Below, one piece after another: positions 19,348 through 29,163 of a stretch of 64,000 bases of DNA. This DNA comes from Candidatus Aegiribacteria sp. (GTDB taxonomy: Bacteria > Fermentibacterota > Fermentibacteria > Fermentibacterales > JCC-6): contig JAIOQY010000032.1 of the NCBI GenBank assembly GCA_021108435.1, positions 1,890 through 65,889 of the forward strand, in the 5' to 3' direction. The position numbers and the translations under genes were made by a program. The notes under the pieces were generated by a model that was given only the letters and a program-made list of their open reading frames with translations, did no database searches and was not told where the DNA came from. Every line of letters starts with the position of its first letter. Position 1 is the stretch's first letter.

Positions 19348-21129
19348 ATGAAGACAATTGTAGTAGGTATGGGAACATGCGGTCTTTCCGCCGGGGCCAG
19401 GGTTGTGTTCGAAAAGCTGGAGGAGCTTGCAAGCGCGAATGCAGATATCTGCCGGCTGACAATATCCGGATGCATCGGCATGTGCTATCGGGAGCCTCTG
19501 GTGGAAATCAGGGATGGCGTCCGCAGAGTCTTCTACGGAGGAGTCACCACAGAATCCGCTGAAAAGATCTTTGAGAGCAATGTGCTGAATGATAATAGAA
19601 TTGAAGACAACAACCTGGTCTACGTTATCGAACGGGACGGATCGACTTCCGGTTCCGAAGCCGGTTTTCTTGACCTTCAGGAGAGAATAGTCCTCCGCAA
19701 TTGCGGTACGATCAATCCTGAGTCCATTTCAGATTACATGGAATCAGGCGGCTACGAAAGCCTGAAAGAGATTCTTTTCAAGTGGTCTCCTGAGCAGATA
19801 ATTCAGGAAGTGAAGAATTCTGGACTTCGTGGAAGAGGAGGAGCCGGATTTCCTACAGGTCTGAAATGGTCCTTTGCCGCCTCAAACGAAGCTGACAGAA
19901 AATATGTTGTATGCAATGCCGATGAGGGTGACCCCGGCGCGTTTATGGATCGTTCTGTTCTGGAGGGAGATCCTCACTCCGTTCTGGAAGGCATGATCAT
20001 CTGTGCCAGAGCGATCGGTGCGGACTTCGGTTATATCTACTGCAGAGCGGAATATCCCCTGGCTATTCACCGGCTTGAAATAGCACTGTCAGAAGCCAGA
20101 GAGAAGGGCTATCTCGGCAAAGATATACTGGGTTCCGGCTTCAATTTTGACATTAAAATCAAGCAGGGCGCGGGAGCGTTCGTCTGCGGAGAAGAGACAG
20201 CGCTTTTTGCCTCGATCGAAGGCGAACGCGGAATGCCCCGTATTCGCCCCCCTTTCCCAGCGGAAAAAGGTCTCTGGCAGAAGCCCACCAATAACAATAA
20301 TGTGGAAACCTACGCCAATATTCCATGGATAATAGCGAACGGCGCTGACGCATACGCTGCTTTCGGAACAGAGAAAAGTCCCGGCACCAAGGTTTTTGCC
20401 CTTGCGGGGAAAGTCGTTCACGGAGGTCTTGCCGAGGTTTCAATGGGAACCACAATAGATGACCTCGTCTTCAGGATCGGCGGAGGCATCAAGGAAGGCA
20501 GGGAGTTCAAGGCAGTACAGATGGGCGGTCCATCCGGCGGCTGTATTCCAGCCAGTCTGAAGAATACTCCCGTGGATTTCGAATCAATACCTGCCACCGG
20601 AGCCATCATGGGCTCAGGCGGAATGGTTGTAATGGACGATACGACCTGCATGGTCGAGATTGCAAGGTTCTTTCTGGATTTCACACAGAACGAATCCTGC
20701 GGTAAATGTACTTTCTGCAGGATCGGCACGCTCAGGATGCTTGAAATTCTTGAGAGACTGACCCGTGGTGAGGGACTTCCTGAAGACATAGAAAAACTTG
20801 AGCAGCTTTCAATTCAGATAAAGGAAGCAAGTCTCTGCGGGCTCGGGCAGACAGCTCCCAATCCTGTACAGACAACGATACGATATTACCTGGATGAATA
20901 TCTGGCACATATCAACGATAAACGGTGTCCGGCAGGAAGCTGCCTAGCTCTGGTCGAATTCAGTATCGATGCTGATAAGTGTGTCGGATGTACGATCTGC
21001 GCGAAGAATTGTCCGGTTGACGCAATCTCCGGAAAAGTCAAAGAACTACACGTTATTGATCAGGAAATCTGCGTGAAATGCGGCAAGTGCATTACAAGCT
21101 GCAATTTCAACGCAGTAATTACAAGGTAG
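19348..21129 (+). CDS. NuoF/HydB-like NADH-binding FMN/Fe-S flavoprotein subunit
   Basis: I moved the start to ATG 19348, with GGAG 7 nt upstream. N-terminal thioredoxin-like 2Fe-2S domain (GMGTCG...GCIGMC). Motifs GLRGRGGAGFPTG, NADEGDPGAF and SCGKCTFCR. Two C-terminal ferredoxin CxxCxxCxxxCP motifs. Confidence 0.88.
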   Translation: MKTIVVGMGTCGLSAGARVVFEKLEELASANADICRLTISGCIGMCYREPLVEIRDGVRRVFYGGVTTESAEKIFESNVLNDNRIEDNNLVYVIERDGSTSGSEAGFLDLQERIVLRNCGTINPESISDYMESGGYESLKEILFKWSPEQIIQEVKNSGLRGRGGAGFPTGLKWSFAASNEADRKYVVCNADEGDPGAFMDRSVLEGDPHSVLEGMIICARAIGADFGYIYCRAEYPLAIHRLEIALSEAREKGYLGKDILGSGFNFDIKIKQGAGAFVCGEETALFASIEGERGMPRIRPPFPAEKGLWQKPTNNNNVETYANIPWIIANGADAYAAFGTEKSPGTKVFALAGKVVHGGLAEVSMGTTIDDLVFRIGGGIKEGREFKAVQMGGPSGGCIPASLKNTPVDFESIPATGAIMGSGGMVVMDDTTCMVEIARFFLDFTQNESCGKCTFCRIGTLRMLEILERLTRGEGLPEDIEKLEQLSIQIKEASLCGLGQTAPNPVQTTIRYYLDEYLAHINDKRCPAGSCLALVEFSIDADKCVGCTICAKNCPVDAISGKVKELHVIDQEICVKCGKCITSCNFNAVITR

Positions 21130-21138
21130 GAGCGGCCA

Positions 21139-23100
21139 ATGGAAAAAATCAGACTGAAGATCAACGGTCAGGAAATAGAGGCCACTCCAGGGAAAACAAT
21201 TCTCGAAGTGGTTCAGGAGCAGGAACTCGATGACATACCCACTCTCTGTCACTCACCTGAACTCGAACCTTACGGTTCCTGTTTTGTATGCGTGGTCGAG
21301 GTAAAGGGAAGGGCGAATCTTGTTCCTTCATGCGCGACTCGAATAGCTCCGGACATGGAAATACTTACTCGAAGCGATAGAGTTCTGGCATCCAGAAAAA
21401 CGGCGCTCGAATTGCTGCTGTCCAACCATTATGCTGATTGCGTCTCCCCCTGTATGGAGGGATGCCCCGCCGGAGTTGACGCCCAGGGATATATTGCCCT
21501 TTCGGCGATGGGACAGTACAGGAAAGCTGTCGACCTCATTCGCGAAAAGAATCCCTTTCCAGCTGCCTGCGGAAGAGTATGCGTCCGCAAGTGCGAGGAC
21601 GTCTGCAGAAGAATGGATGTGGATGCGTCCGTTGCGATAAACAACATCAAGAGATTTGTCACTGATTCCCCCGAGGCTTACGCCACGAAACCGGTATGCG
21701 CCCCCTCTACAGGTAAAACAGCAGGGATCATCGGCGCTGGACCGGCGGGTCTTACCGCCGCCTGGTTCCTTGGAAAAAACGGGATCAAATGTGAAGTTTA
21801 CGAAGCCATGGATCGTACTGGAGGAATGCTGCGATACGGTATTCCCGAGTACAGACTTCCGGATGATGTTCTCGACAGAGAAGTGGAGTACATCTGCAGA
21901 ACAGGTACCACGATTCACTGCGGGGTTCGGGTGGGGAAGGACATCACGCTGGATGAGATCAGGGAAAAGCATAACGCTGTTTTCATCGGAGCAGGCGCAT
22001 GGACAGGCAAGGCAATGCGGGTTGAGGGTGAGTTTGATACCGAAGGCGTCGTAACCGGCGCTGACTTCCTGGTTGAAAAGGCAGATGATCCTCAGCCGCT
22101 GAAGGGTACTGTGGTTGTGGTCGGTGGTGGAAATACCGCCATGGACGCGGCAAGAACTGCCTGGAGACTGAATGCGGACAAGGTCATCGTTCTTTACAGA
22201 AGAACCAAAGCGGAGATGCCGGCTGACGCCATGGAAATTGAAGATTGTCTTGAAGAGGGCATTGAGATCATGGAGCTGGCCGCACCAATCGGTATCGTGA
22301 GGAAGGATGACAGACTCAGCGCTCTGCGCTGCCAGCGCATGAAGCTTGGTGAGCCGGATGATTCCGGAAGACGAAGACCTGTTCCACTGGAAGGTTCGGA
22401 ATTTGACCTTCCCTGTGACCTGGCTATTTCAGCCATCGGGCAGAATACAGTTCTTGATGGACTTGTAGAAACCAGAGATGGCGATGTGGACCTGACAAGA
22501 TGGAATACATACATTGCGGATCTCAGTACAATGGCTACGAACATTGAAGGAGTATTTGCAGGTGGTGATGCTGCGGATGATGGTCCTACCGTTGTTATCG
22601 ATGCTATCAGAGACGGTCAGAGAGCCGCCAGGGCAATAACAGCCTGGCTTGACGGCGTTCAGCCGAAACCTTACCCGTTCGTGGTTGCAAAGGAATTCTG
22701 GTCAAAGCCGGGGAAAGCTGAACTCGGCGATGTAAAGGAATCACCCAGACATGAAGTCCACCAGATAGATGTTGAAGACCGCAGAAACAATTTTACAGAG
22801 GTATCGAATGGTTTTGAGCCTGAGGATAACGAACATGAATGCGATAGGTGCCTTTCCTGTGGCTGCGTAAGATTCGATGATTGCGATCTCCGGCTCTATG
22901 CTGAGGAATATGGCGTTGATATGGAGTACTTCAAAGGCCATGTAAGAAAACACAAGGTTGATGACAGGCACCCTTACATATCCTACGATCCCAACAAATG
23001 TGTACTCTGCGCGAGATGTATCCGAACCTGCCGCCATCGGACTTGTGGGAAGAGGATTCAAAACCGAAATGCGCCCCGCTATGAACAATCCTCTTGTTGA
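21139..23100 (+). CDS. N-terminal part of a split Bfu/Stn-type large subunit: 2Fe-2S + GltD-like NADPH module + start of Fe-S domain
   Basis: 2Fe-2S motif CHSPELEPYGSCFVCVV...C. GltD-like motifs CGRVCVRKCEDVC, IIGAGPAGLTAA and GGGNTAMDAART. It ends inside CVLCARCIRTC and is followed by a nonsense tail. See the frameshift finding. Confidence 0.7.
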   Translation: MEKIRLKINGQEIEATPGKTILEVVQEQELDDIPTLCHSPELEPYGSCFVCVVEVKGRANLVPSCATRIAPDMEILTRSDRVLASRKTALELLLSNHYADCVSPCMEGCPAGVDAQGYIALSAMGQYRKAVDLIREKNPFPAACGRVCVRKCEDVCRRMDVDASVAINNIKRFVTDSPEAYATKPVCAPSTGKTAGIIGAGPAGLTAAWFLGKNGIKCEVYEAMDRTGGMLRYGIPEYRLPDDVLDREVEYICRTGTTIHCGVRVGKDITLDEIREKHNAVFIGAGAWTGKAMRVEGEFDTEGVVTGADFLVEKADDPQPLKGTVVVVGGGNTAMDAARTAWRLNADKVIVLYRRTKAEMPADAMEIEDCLEEGIEIMELAAPIGIVRKDDRLSALRCQRMKLGEPDDSGRRRPVPLEGSEFDLPCDLAISAIGQNTVLDGLVETRDGDVDLTRWNTYIADLSTMATNIEGVFAGGDAADDGPTVVIDAIRDGQRAARAITAWLDGVQPKPYPFVVAKEFWSKPGKAELGDVKESPRHEVHQIDVEDRRNNFTEVSNGFEPEDNEHECDRCLSCGCVRFDDCDLRLYAEEYGVDMEYFKGHVRKHKVDDRHPYISYDPNKCVLCARCIRTCRHRTCGKRIQNRNAPRYEQSSC

Positions 23101-24778
23101 AACAAGCTGCGTGAGCTGCGGAAACTGCGTTGATGCCTGTCCGACCGGAGCGCTTACGGTGAAATATCCATTTCCGGGAAGAGCATGTCTTGAGACTACG
23201 GATATACCCACACATTGTGGTTTCTGTTCTATAGGGTGCGAGATTTCTGTAAGGAAGTTCGGAGATGGAAGGTATTTTGTGGCTTCCAACGGAGTCCCCG
23301 GAGATTATCTCTGCAGGTATGGAAGGTTCGGCCATGAGCTTTTCATTAAGCAGGACAGACTGGTGCAGCCGGTCGTGAGAAGCGGCAACTCCTATAGTAC
23401 TGTTGGCTATGATGCTGCCTATGGCAGAATAGTAGAATCCCTGAAGGCTGCAGCTGAAAAATACGGACCTGCGAGTGTTGCCGTATTTGTATCACCGGAA
23501 CTGACAAACGAGGAATTGTACATTGCCGGCAGGATTGCCAGATCCGGGATTGGCACAAATAACATCGGCTCTCTTGCCAATATTTCGGGCGGTGGGCGTT
23601 CAGGTGTTCTCGATAAAGCTCTGGGCTTCACAGCATCTACTGCTGACAGAAAATGCCTCGGGGAAGCCGATCTGATTATCTGTAACAATACATCCATGGA
23701 GGCAGATCACCTGGTTCTTGCCGTCGAAGTGATACAGTCAGTCAAAAGTGGAGCCAAACTCATCGTATCAAACTCAATGCTTGATTCGACCGATCAGCAT
23801 CTTTCCAGTCTTGCGGTGGATCCCATGAGAGGTAGAGCCTCCATTTTCTGGAATGCGGTAATGCAGGTTCTTCTCGATAGTGGAGATATTAAGGGCACAT
23901 CCTCCTTCCTTTTGAACAGAGATGTGTCCATAGAAGTGGCTGCTGCCAGATCAGGTGTTGAGGAAGATAGCATTCTCGAAGCCGCAGAGCTGCTTAGAAA
24001 CTCCGGAAAAGTTGTCTTTATCCATAGTCCTGACCGCCCTCAGGATGCTTCTCCTGATGATACAGAGATATTCGCTGATCTTGCAATCATGCTCACAGCC
24101 GCGGGAAAGAAGACGGACATACTTCTCCCGAGACTGATCGCGAACAGCGCCGGTCTTGAAGTAATGGGAGCTGATCCTGCTTTTCTGCCGGGAAGAATTT
24201 CCACAGGGGGAGAACTGCCGGGCGCCTCTACGATTCAGGATCTGAGAAAGATCCTTGAGAGCGGTGACATCAGGGCCGCGCTCATTATCGGAGAAAACCC
24301 GCTTGAGTACAACAGAACCGGTTCCTGGTTCCAGAATGTGGAATTTCTTGCGGCAGTTGACTGGGCCGATACTGAGACAACAAGGTTTGCAGATGTCACG
24401 CTTCCGGGAAGTACTTTCCTTGAAACACCAGGAACGAGGTGTAATTTCGAGGGTGAGCTTACATCCTTCACGGGAGCTGTATCTCCGCCTTCCGGTATAA
24501 CATCTACGGAAGCGCTTACCTGCCTGGCAAAGGCATTCGGGCTTACTATCGCGGATGGTCTGTTCGATGAGATCGACAGGATAGTGAGGAAGAACCTTGG
24601 CGATCTTACCCGCTTCTACTGGAATACCGGCGAGAAGAGGAACTGGGATGGTAAAGGAGAACTGGTAGCGATTGAAGCAGATGTAAAAGCTACGTCTATC
24701 CTGCCCCCGATGACTCACAGTCAGGAATACAGGAAAGAGATCAGGGAAGTGGGAACGGAACGTTTCCGAGTTCTATGA
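22958..24778 (+). CDS. C-terminal part of the same split gene: ferredoxin-type cluster + NuoG/FdhA-like molybdopterin-oxidoreductase fold
   Basis: From about 23030 the +1 frame reads AAIGLVGRGFKTEM...SCVSCGNCVDACPTGAL, then THCGFCSIGCEISV...LCRYGRFG, the MopB N-terminal 4Fe-4S motif. The residues before about 23030 in this frame are probably not translated. Confidence 0.65.
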   Translation: MMTGTLTYPTIPTNVYSARDVSEPAAIGLVGRGFKTEMRPAMNNPLVETSCVSCGNCVDACPTGALTVKYPFPGRACLETTDIPTHCGFCSIGCEISVRKFGDGRYFVASNGVPGDYLCRYGRFGHELFIKQDRLVQPVVRSGNSYSTVGYDAAYGRIVESLKAAAEKYGPASVAVFVSPELTNEELYIAGRIARSGIGTNNIGSLANISGGGRSGVLDKALGFTASTADRKCLGEADLIICNNTSMEADHLVLAVEVIQSVKSGAKLIVSNSMLDSTDQHLSSLAVDPMRGRASIFWNAVMQVLLDSGDIKGTSSFLLNRDVSIEVAAARSGVEEDSILEAAELLRNSGKVVFIHSPDRPQDASPDDTEIFADLAIMLTAAGKKTDILLPRLIANSAGLEVMGADPAFLPGRISTGGELPGASTIQDLRKILESGDIRAALIIGENPLEYNRTGSWFQNVEFLAAVDWADTETTRFADVTLPGSTFLETPGTRCNFEGELTSFTGAVSPPSGITSTEALTCLAKAFGLTIADGLFDEIDRIVRKNLGDLTRFYWNTGEKRNWDGKGELVAIEADVKATSILPPMTHSQEYRKEIREVGTERFRVL

Positions 24779-24901
24779 CCCGCAAGCCCGCAAATTTTCT
24801 GTAGAACTGTCCGGGCTAAATCACATCTGGCGGAAACTTCTTTATTCTGTTAGTGTAAAATACATGTGTATTGTATAATGTAATGTTAAGGCTATTCTTA
24901 C

Positions 24902-27900
24902 ATGTTTTGCGGGAGTGTTGCTTTGGACAGGAATCTGAAAGACTTTGAATTTGTCTCTATCGGTACAGCGATAATATCCCTCGAAAAGAAAATTCTGGAC
25001 GCAGACGACCGTTTCTGTGAAATTCTCGGTTACAACCGTGATGAACTTCTTGAAATCTCGTGGAAAGAAATCTCATTTCCTGCTGATATTAAAAAAGAGT
25101 CTACTTATTTCAGATCTCTACAGAAAAGCAAGATAAACGAGTTTTCCATAGATAAACGGTTTCTAAATAAAACAGGAAAAATCGTTTTTACAAATATTTC
25201 GGTGAAATGTTTTCTATGTGGAAAAAGATCACCCGGTTATTATCTCATCTTAGCTCATGATATTACAGATCGTAAACATATGGAACAGAACCTTCATTCT
25301 CAGATTGAGTTAGAGAAGCTCATTGCTGCAATTTCAACAGGTTTTATCGTTTCACCGGGCGAGATCGACAGTAAAATTAACAACGCTTTGAAGGATATTG
25401 GGGAATTTTCAGGTATTGACCGCTGTTATGTCTTTCAATTTTATGATGATGGAAAGACGATGAACAACACACACGAATGGTGCAAAAAAGATATAGAACC
25501 ACAAATTAATATTCTCCAGAATATCTCAGTCGAGGAAGAATATCCTGATTTCACTAAAAGGATCAGGGCATTTGATATAATTCATGTTCCAGTTGTCGAT
25601 GACCTTCCTCCTGAAGCCAGTATCGAAAAAGTAAATTTTCAGAATTTGGGAATAAAATCACTTATCCTTGTTCCCATTGTTTATGCAAAGGTACTCATCG
25701 GATTTCTAGGGTTTGATTCGGTGAAGACAGAAAAAACCTGGAAAGAAAACGACATCAGATTACTGAAAATGATCGGTGAAATTTTCGCAAATGCATTAGA
25801 ATGCAACCGCACAGAAAAGGAAATTCAGAATCTTCAGGATTACAATCGGGGATTGATCGAGGTCAACCTCGACCCCCTGGTTACCTTTGATCCGGATGGA
25901 ATCATTCTTGATGTAAATCAGGCAACCATACAGGCTACAGGAAAATCCAGGGAGGAACTGATAGGTTCTGATATTACAGGCTATTTCACGAACCCGGAAA
26001 AAGCTCTTGAGGGCGTGAAATCGGTTTTCAAGTTTGAAGAGATACGTGATTACGAACTGGTTTTGAAAGCTGTTGATGGTTCGGAAACAGAAGTCGCCTA
26101 TAATGCTTCGGTCTTCAGAGATAATTCAGGTAAAGTCATCGGTGCCTTCGCAGCAGCACGGGATATAACCAGACGGAAGCAGGCGGAGGAAATACAGGAG
26201 GTACTATTTCAGATCTCACAGGCAGTAAGTGCCTCGGATAATCTGCAGGAGTTCCTTGAGATTGTACATCAACAATTCGGGAGACTTGTAGATACAAGCA
26301 ACTTCTATGTTGCTCTGTACGACGAAGAAAATGATTTGTACTCATTTCCCTGTATTTTTGATGAATACGATAAGAATCCTGATTTCAGCAAACAGCAGAT
26401 GAAGAAAAGCCTGACGGATTATGTTCGCAGAACCGGCAAATCCCTTCTTGCTGATGATAGAATTCATCAGGAACTCATCCGAAAGGGTGAGGTCGAAATG
26501 GTTGGTAAGCAATCACCGATCTGGCTGGGTGTTCCCCTCAGAACTTCGCATGGAGTCATTGGTGTTGTTGCTGTTCAGAGCTATTCCCAGAGTTCGCTCT
26601 ATTCGATGCAGGATCTGGAAATGATGTCGTTTGTTGCTGAAAACATATCCCTTGCAATTGAACATAAAAAAGTTGAGGAAAAACTTGTCAGATATCACAG
26701 TCATCTCGAGGAACTGGTCAGGAAACGAACTGAGGAGCTGACTGAAACCAATCGTAAACTTGAAATGAAAATAAGCGAACATAGGCAGACTGAAGAAGCA
26801 CTGAGGGATTCAGAGCGAAGGATGTCTGAAATCATAGACTTCCTTCCCGATGCCACGCTTGTTGTGAACAGGGATTCACAGGTTATCGCATGGAACAAGG
26901 CAATGGAAGAGATGACAGAAGTTCCAGCCGATGAAATGCTGCGTAAAGGTGATTATGAATATGCAATTCCTTTCTACGGCAGGAGAAGGCCAATCCTTAT
27001 CGATAGAATCTTTGACTCTCACTCGGAAACGGACAATCTTTACACTACTATCAGGCAGGAGCTTAACACTCTTGTCGGTGAAGCTTTTACCCCCGCCCTT
27101 GGCGGTCAAGGTAGATATCTCTACGCTACAGCCAGGGCTCTTTATGATTCTCAGGGCAAGCTTGCCGGAGCTATCGAATCCATTCGCGACATCACTGAAC
27201 GAAGAAAAGTCGAACAGGCCCTTGCTGAATCGGAAAAACGTTATCGAACGCTTCTCGTTAATCTTCCTGTAGGTGTATTCCAATCCACAATTGACTCTGA
27301 AGGACATGCGATTTCGTGTAATATCTCACTGGCAAGAATGCATGGATTCGACAATCCTGAAGAGATGGAAAAAGTCAGTTTGACAGACATGTATGTAAAC
27401 CCGGATGACAGGAAGAGGTTTGTGGAAGCAGTCTGTTCAAATGACTCGGTTGCTAACTTTGAAGTCCAGCTGAAGCGTATTAACGGGGGGAAGTTCTGGG
27501 GTTCCATGACAGCACGAGCAGTAAGGGATTCTGATGGACAGATTAACTGCATTGACGGTATTCTGGAAGACATCACTGAACGAAAACTGGCAGAAGAGGA
27601 ACTGCAAAAATCAGAAGAGCGCTTTCGCGATCTTGTTCTCAGTACATCAGACTGGGTCTGGGAAGTCGATACTCAGGGACGTTATACCTACTGTTCTGAA
27701 CAGGTTGCAAATGTACTTGACTACACCGCTGAAGAAATTATTGGGAAAACACCTTTTGATCTGATGCCACCCGAGGAAGGCGCTCGAATACGCGGTATTT
27801 TCAATAATATCGTCGAAAACCTTGCGCCTATCGTTGAGCTGGAAAACTGGAACATCAGGAAGGATGGTCGAAAGATCTGTCTTCTTACAAATGGTGTACC

Positions 27901-29146
27901 CATGTTTGATGAAACCGGCTGTCTTATCGGTTACCGTGGCCTGGACCGGGATATCACCAACCGTAAGGAAGCCGAGGCAGAAAAACAGAAACTGGAAAAA
28001 CAGATACTGCAGACGCAGAAACTGGAAAGCCTTGGTGTGCTGGCAGGGGGAATAGCACATGATTTCAACAATCTGCTTGTAGGTATTCTTGGCAACGCTG
28101 ACCTGGCACTGGACTCACTCTCCCCTGTTTCACCCGCCTGTCCCAACATACACGAGATCGAAACCGCAGCTAAACGGGCAGCTGAGCTTTCCCGCCAGAT
28201 GCTGGCATACTCCGGCAAGGGTCAGCTTATCGTCGATGTCATCAGTCTCAATGATGTTGTTAAGGAAATGGCGCACCTGCTTGAAGTTTCAATTTTAAAA
28301 AATGTTGTCCTTAAATTTAATCTGAGTGATGATCTACCAGCTGTTGAAGTTGATGTAACACAGATTCGACAGGTTATAATGAACCTGATTACAAACGCCT
28401 CTGAAGCGATTGGTGAAAAAAGCGGAGTCATTTCTATCACAACCGGAATACTGGAATGCGACAGCAATTACTTTGACGGAACCTATCTTAAGGAGGATAT
28501 GAAGGAGGGGATATACGTTTATCTTGAGATCGCTGATACCGGTTGCGGTTTGAATATCGAAACACAATCAAAGATTTTTGATCCCTTCTTCACCACTAAA
28601 TTTACCGGTCGTGGTCTTGGACTCGCTTCTGTTCTCGGTATAGTTCGCGGTCACGGTGGTTCGCTCAAACTATACAGTGAAGAGGGGCATGGTTCTACCT
28701 TCAAAATTCTGCTTCCGGCAGTTGAAAGGCGCAGGATATCCCTTGAAAAAGAAACTCCAGTAGATATGAGCTGGAAAAGCAGCGGGACTATCCTTCTGGT
28801 CGATGATGAAGAAACAGTACGGACTGTAGGCGAAACGATGCTTCAAAGGCTTGGTTTTACCGTGCTAACTGCAACGGATGGTCGAGATGCAATTGATATT
28901 TATCGCAAGAATTCTGATGAAATCAGGTGCGTTATACTCGACCTGACAATGCCGCATATGAGTGGTGAGGAAGCCTTCATTGAACTCAGGCGTATAAGGA
29001 ATGATATTAAAATTCTTCTTTCCAGTGGTTACAACGAGCAGGATGTTATTCAACGATTCTCCGGCATGGATATTGATGGCTTCATACAGAAGCCGTACAG
29101 GTTTGCAGATCTTGTCTGCGAATTACGAACAATACTTGAGAAATAA
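24902..29146 (+). CDS. hybrid sensor histidine kinase (multi-PAS, two GAF, HisKA, HATPase_c, C-terminal receiver)
   Basis: 1414-aa ORF. H-box IAHDFNNLL. ATPase motifs EIADTGCG and GRGLGLA. Receiver motifs LLVDDEE, VILDLTMPHMSG and IQKPY. Repeated PAS-like blocks ending in DITERK/DITRRK. Confidence 0.9.
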   Translation: MFCGSVALDRNLKDFEFVSIGTAIISLEKKILDADDRFCEILGYNRDELLEISWKEISFPADIKKESTYFRSLQKSKINEFSIDKRFLNKTGKIVFTNISVKCFLCGKRSPGYYLILAHDITDRKHMEQNLHSQIELEKLIAAISTGFIVSPGEIDSKINNALKDIGEFSGIDRCYVFQFYDDGKTMNNTHEWCKKDIEPQINILQNISVEEEYPDFTKRIRAFDIIHVPVVDDLPPEASIEKVNFQNLGIKSLILVPIVYAKVLIGFLGFDSVKTEKTWKENDIRLLKMIGEIFANALECNRTEKEIQNLQDYNRGLIEVNLDPLVTFDPDGIILDVNQATIQATGKSREELIGSDITGYFTNPEKALEGVKSVFKFEEIRDYELVLKAVDGSETEVAYNASVFRDNSGKVIGAFAAARDITRRKQAEEIQEVLFQISQAVSASDNLQEFLEIVHQQFGRLVDTSNFYVALYDEENDLYSFPCIFDEYDKNPDFSKQQMKKSLTDYVRRTGKSLLADDRIHQELIRKGEVEMVGKQSPIWLGVPLRTSHGVIGVVAVQSYSQSSLYSMQDLEMMSFVAENISLAIEHKKVEEKLVRYHSHLEELVRKRTEELTETNRKLEMKISEHRQTEEALRDSERRMSEIIDFLPDATLVVNRDSQVIAWNKAMEEMTEVPADEMLRKGDYEYAIPFYGRRRPILIDRIFDSHSETDNLYTTIRQELNTLVGEAFTPALGGQGRYLYATARALYDSQGKLAGAIESIRDITERRKVEQALAESEKRYRTLLVNLPVGVFQSTIDSEGHAISCNISLARMHGFDNPEEMEKVSLTDMYVNPDDRKRFVEAVCSNDSVANFEVQLKRINGGKFWGSMTARAVRDSDGQINCIDGILEDITERKLAEEELQKSEERFRDLVLSTSDWVWEVDTQGRYTYCSEQVANVLDYTAEEIIGKTPFDLMPPEEGARIRGIFNNIVENLAPIVELENWNIRKDGRKICLLTNGVPMFDETGCLIGYRGLDRDITNRKEAEAEKQKLEKQILQTQKLESLGVLAGGIAHDFNNLLVGILGNADLALDSLSPVSPACPNIHEIETAAKRAAELSRQMLAYSGKGQLIVDVISLNDVVKEMAHLLEVSILKNVVLKFNLSDDLPAVEVDVTQIRQVIMNLITNASEAIGEKSGVISITTGILECDSNYFDGTYLKEDMKEGIYVYLEIADTGCGLNIETQSKIFDPFFTTKFTGRGLGLASVLGIVRGHGGSLKLYSEEGHGSTFKILLPAVERRRISLEKETPVDMSWKSSGTILLVDDEETVRTVGETMLQRLGFTVLTATDGRDAIDIYRKNSDEIRCVILDLTMPHMSGEEAFIELRRIRNDIKILLSSGYNEQDVIQRFSGMDIDGFIQKPYRFADLVCELRTILEK

Positions 29147-29163
29147 TCATTTCCTCAAGCTCT

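Noticed and set aside
18822-24718. Several long antisense or alternate-frame ORFs (18822..19481, 20418..20789, 21328..21972, 22741..23289, 23951..24718)
   Set aside because: All lie inside genes with strong NuoE/NuoF/GltD/NuoG-type motifs on the plus strand. They have Ser/Arg/Pro-rich, motif-free translations typical of shadow ORFs.
23100-24778. Molybdopterin-oxidoreductase-like region as a catalytic formate dehydrogenase
   Set aside because: It has no in-frame TGA (Sec) and no obvious catalytic Cys/His-Arg context. The C-terminal dinucleotide-binding barrel seems absent because the domain is too short. It looks more like the non-catalytic NuoG-type scaffold.
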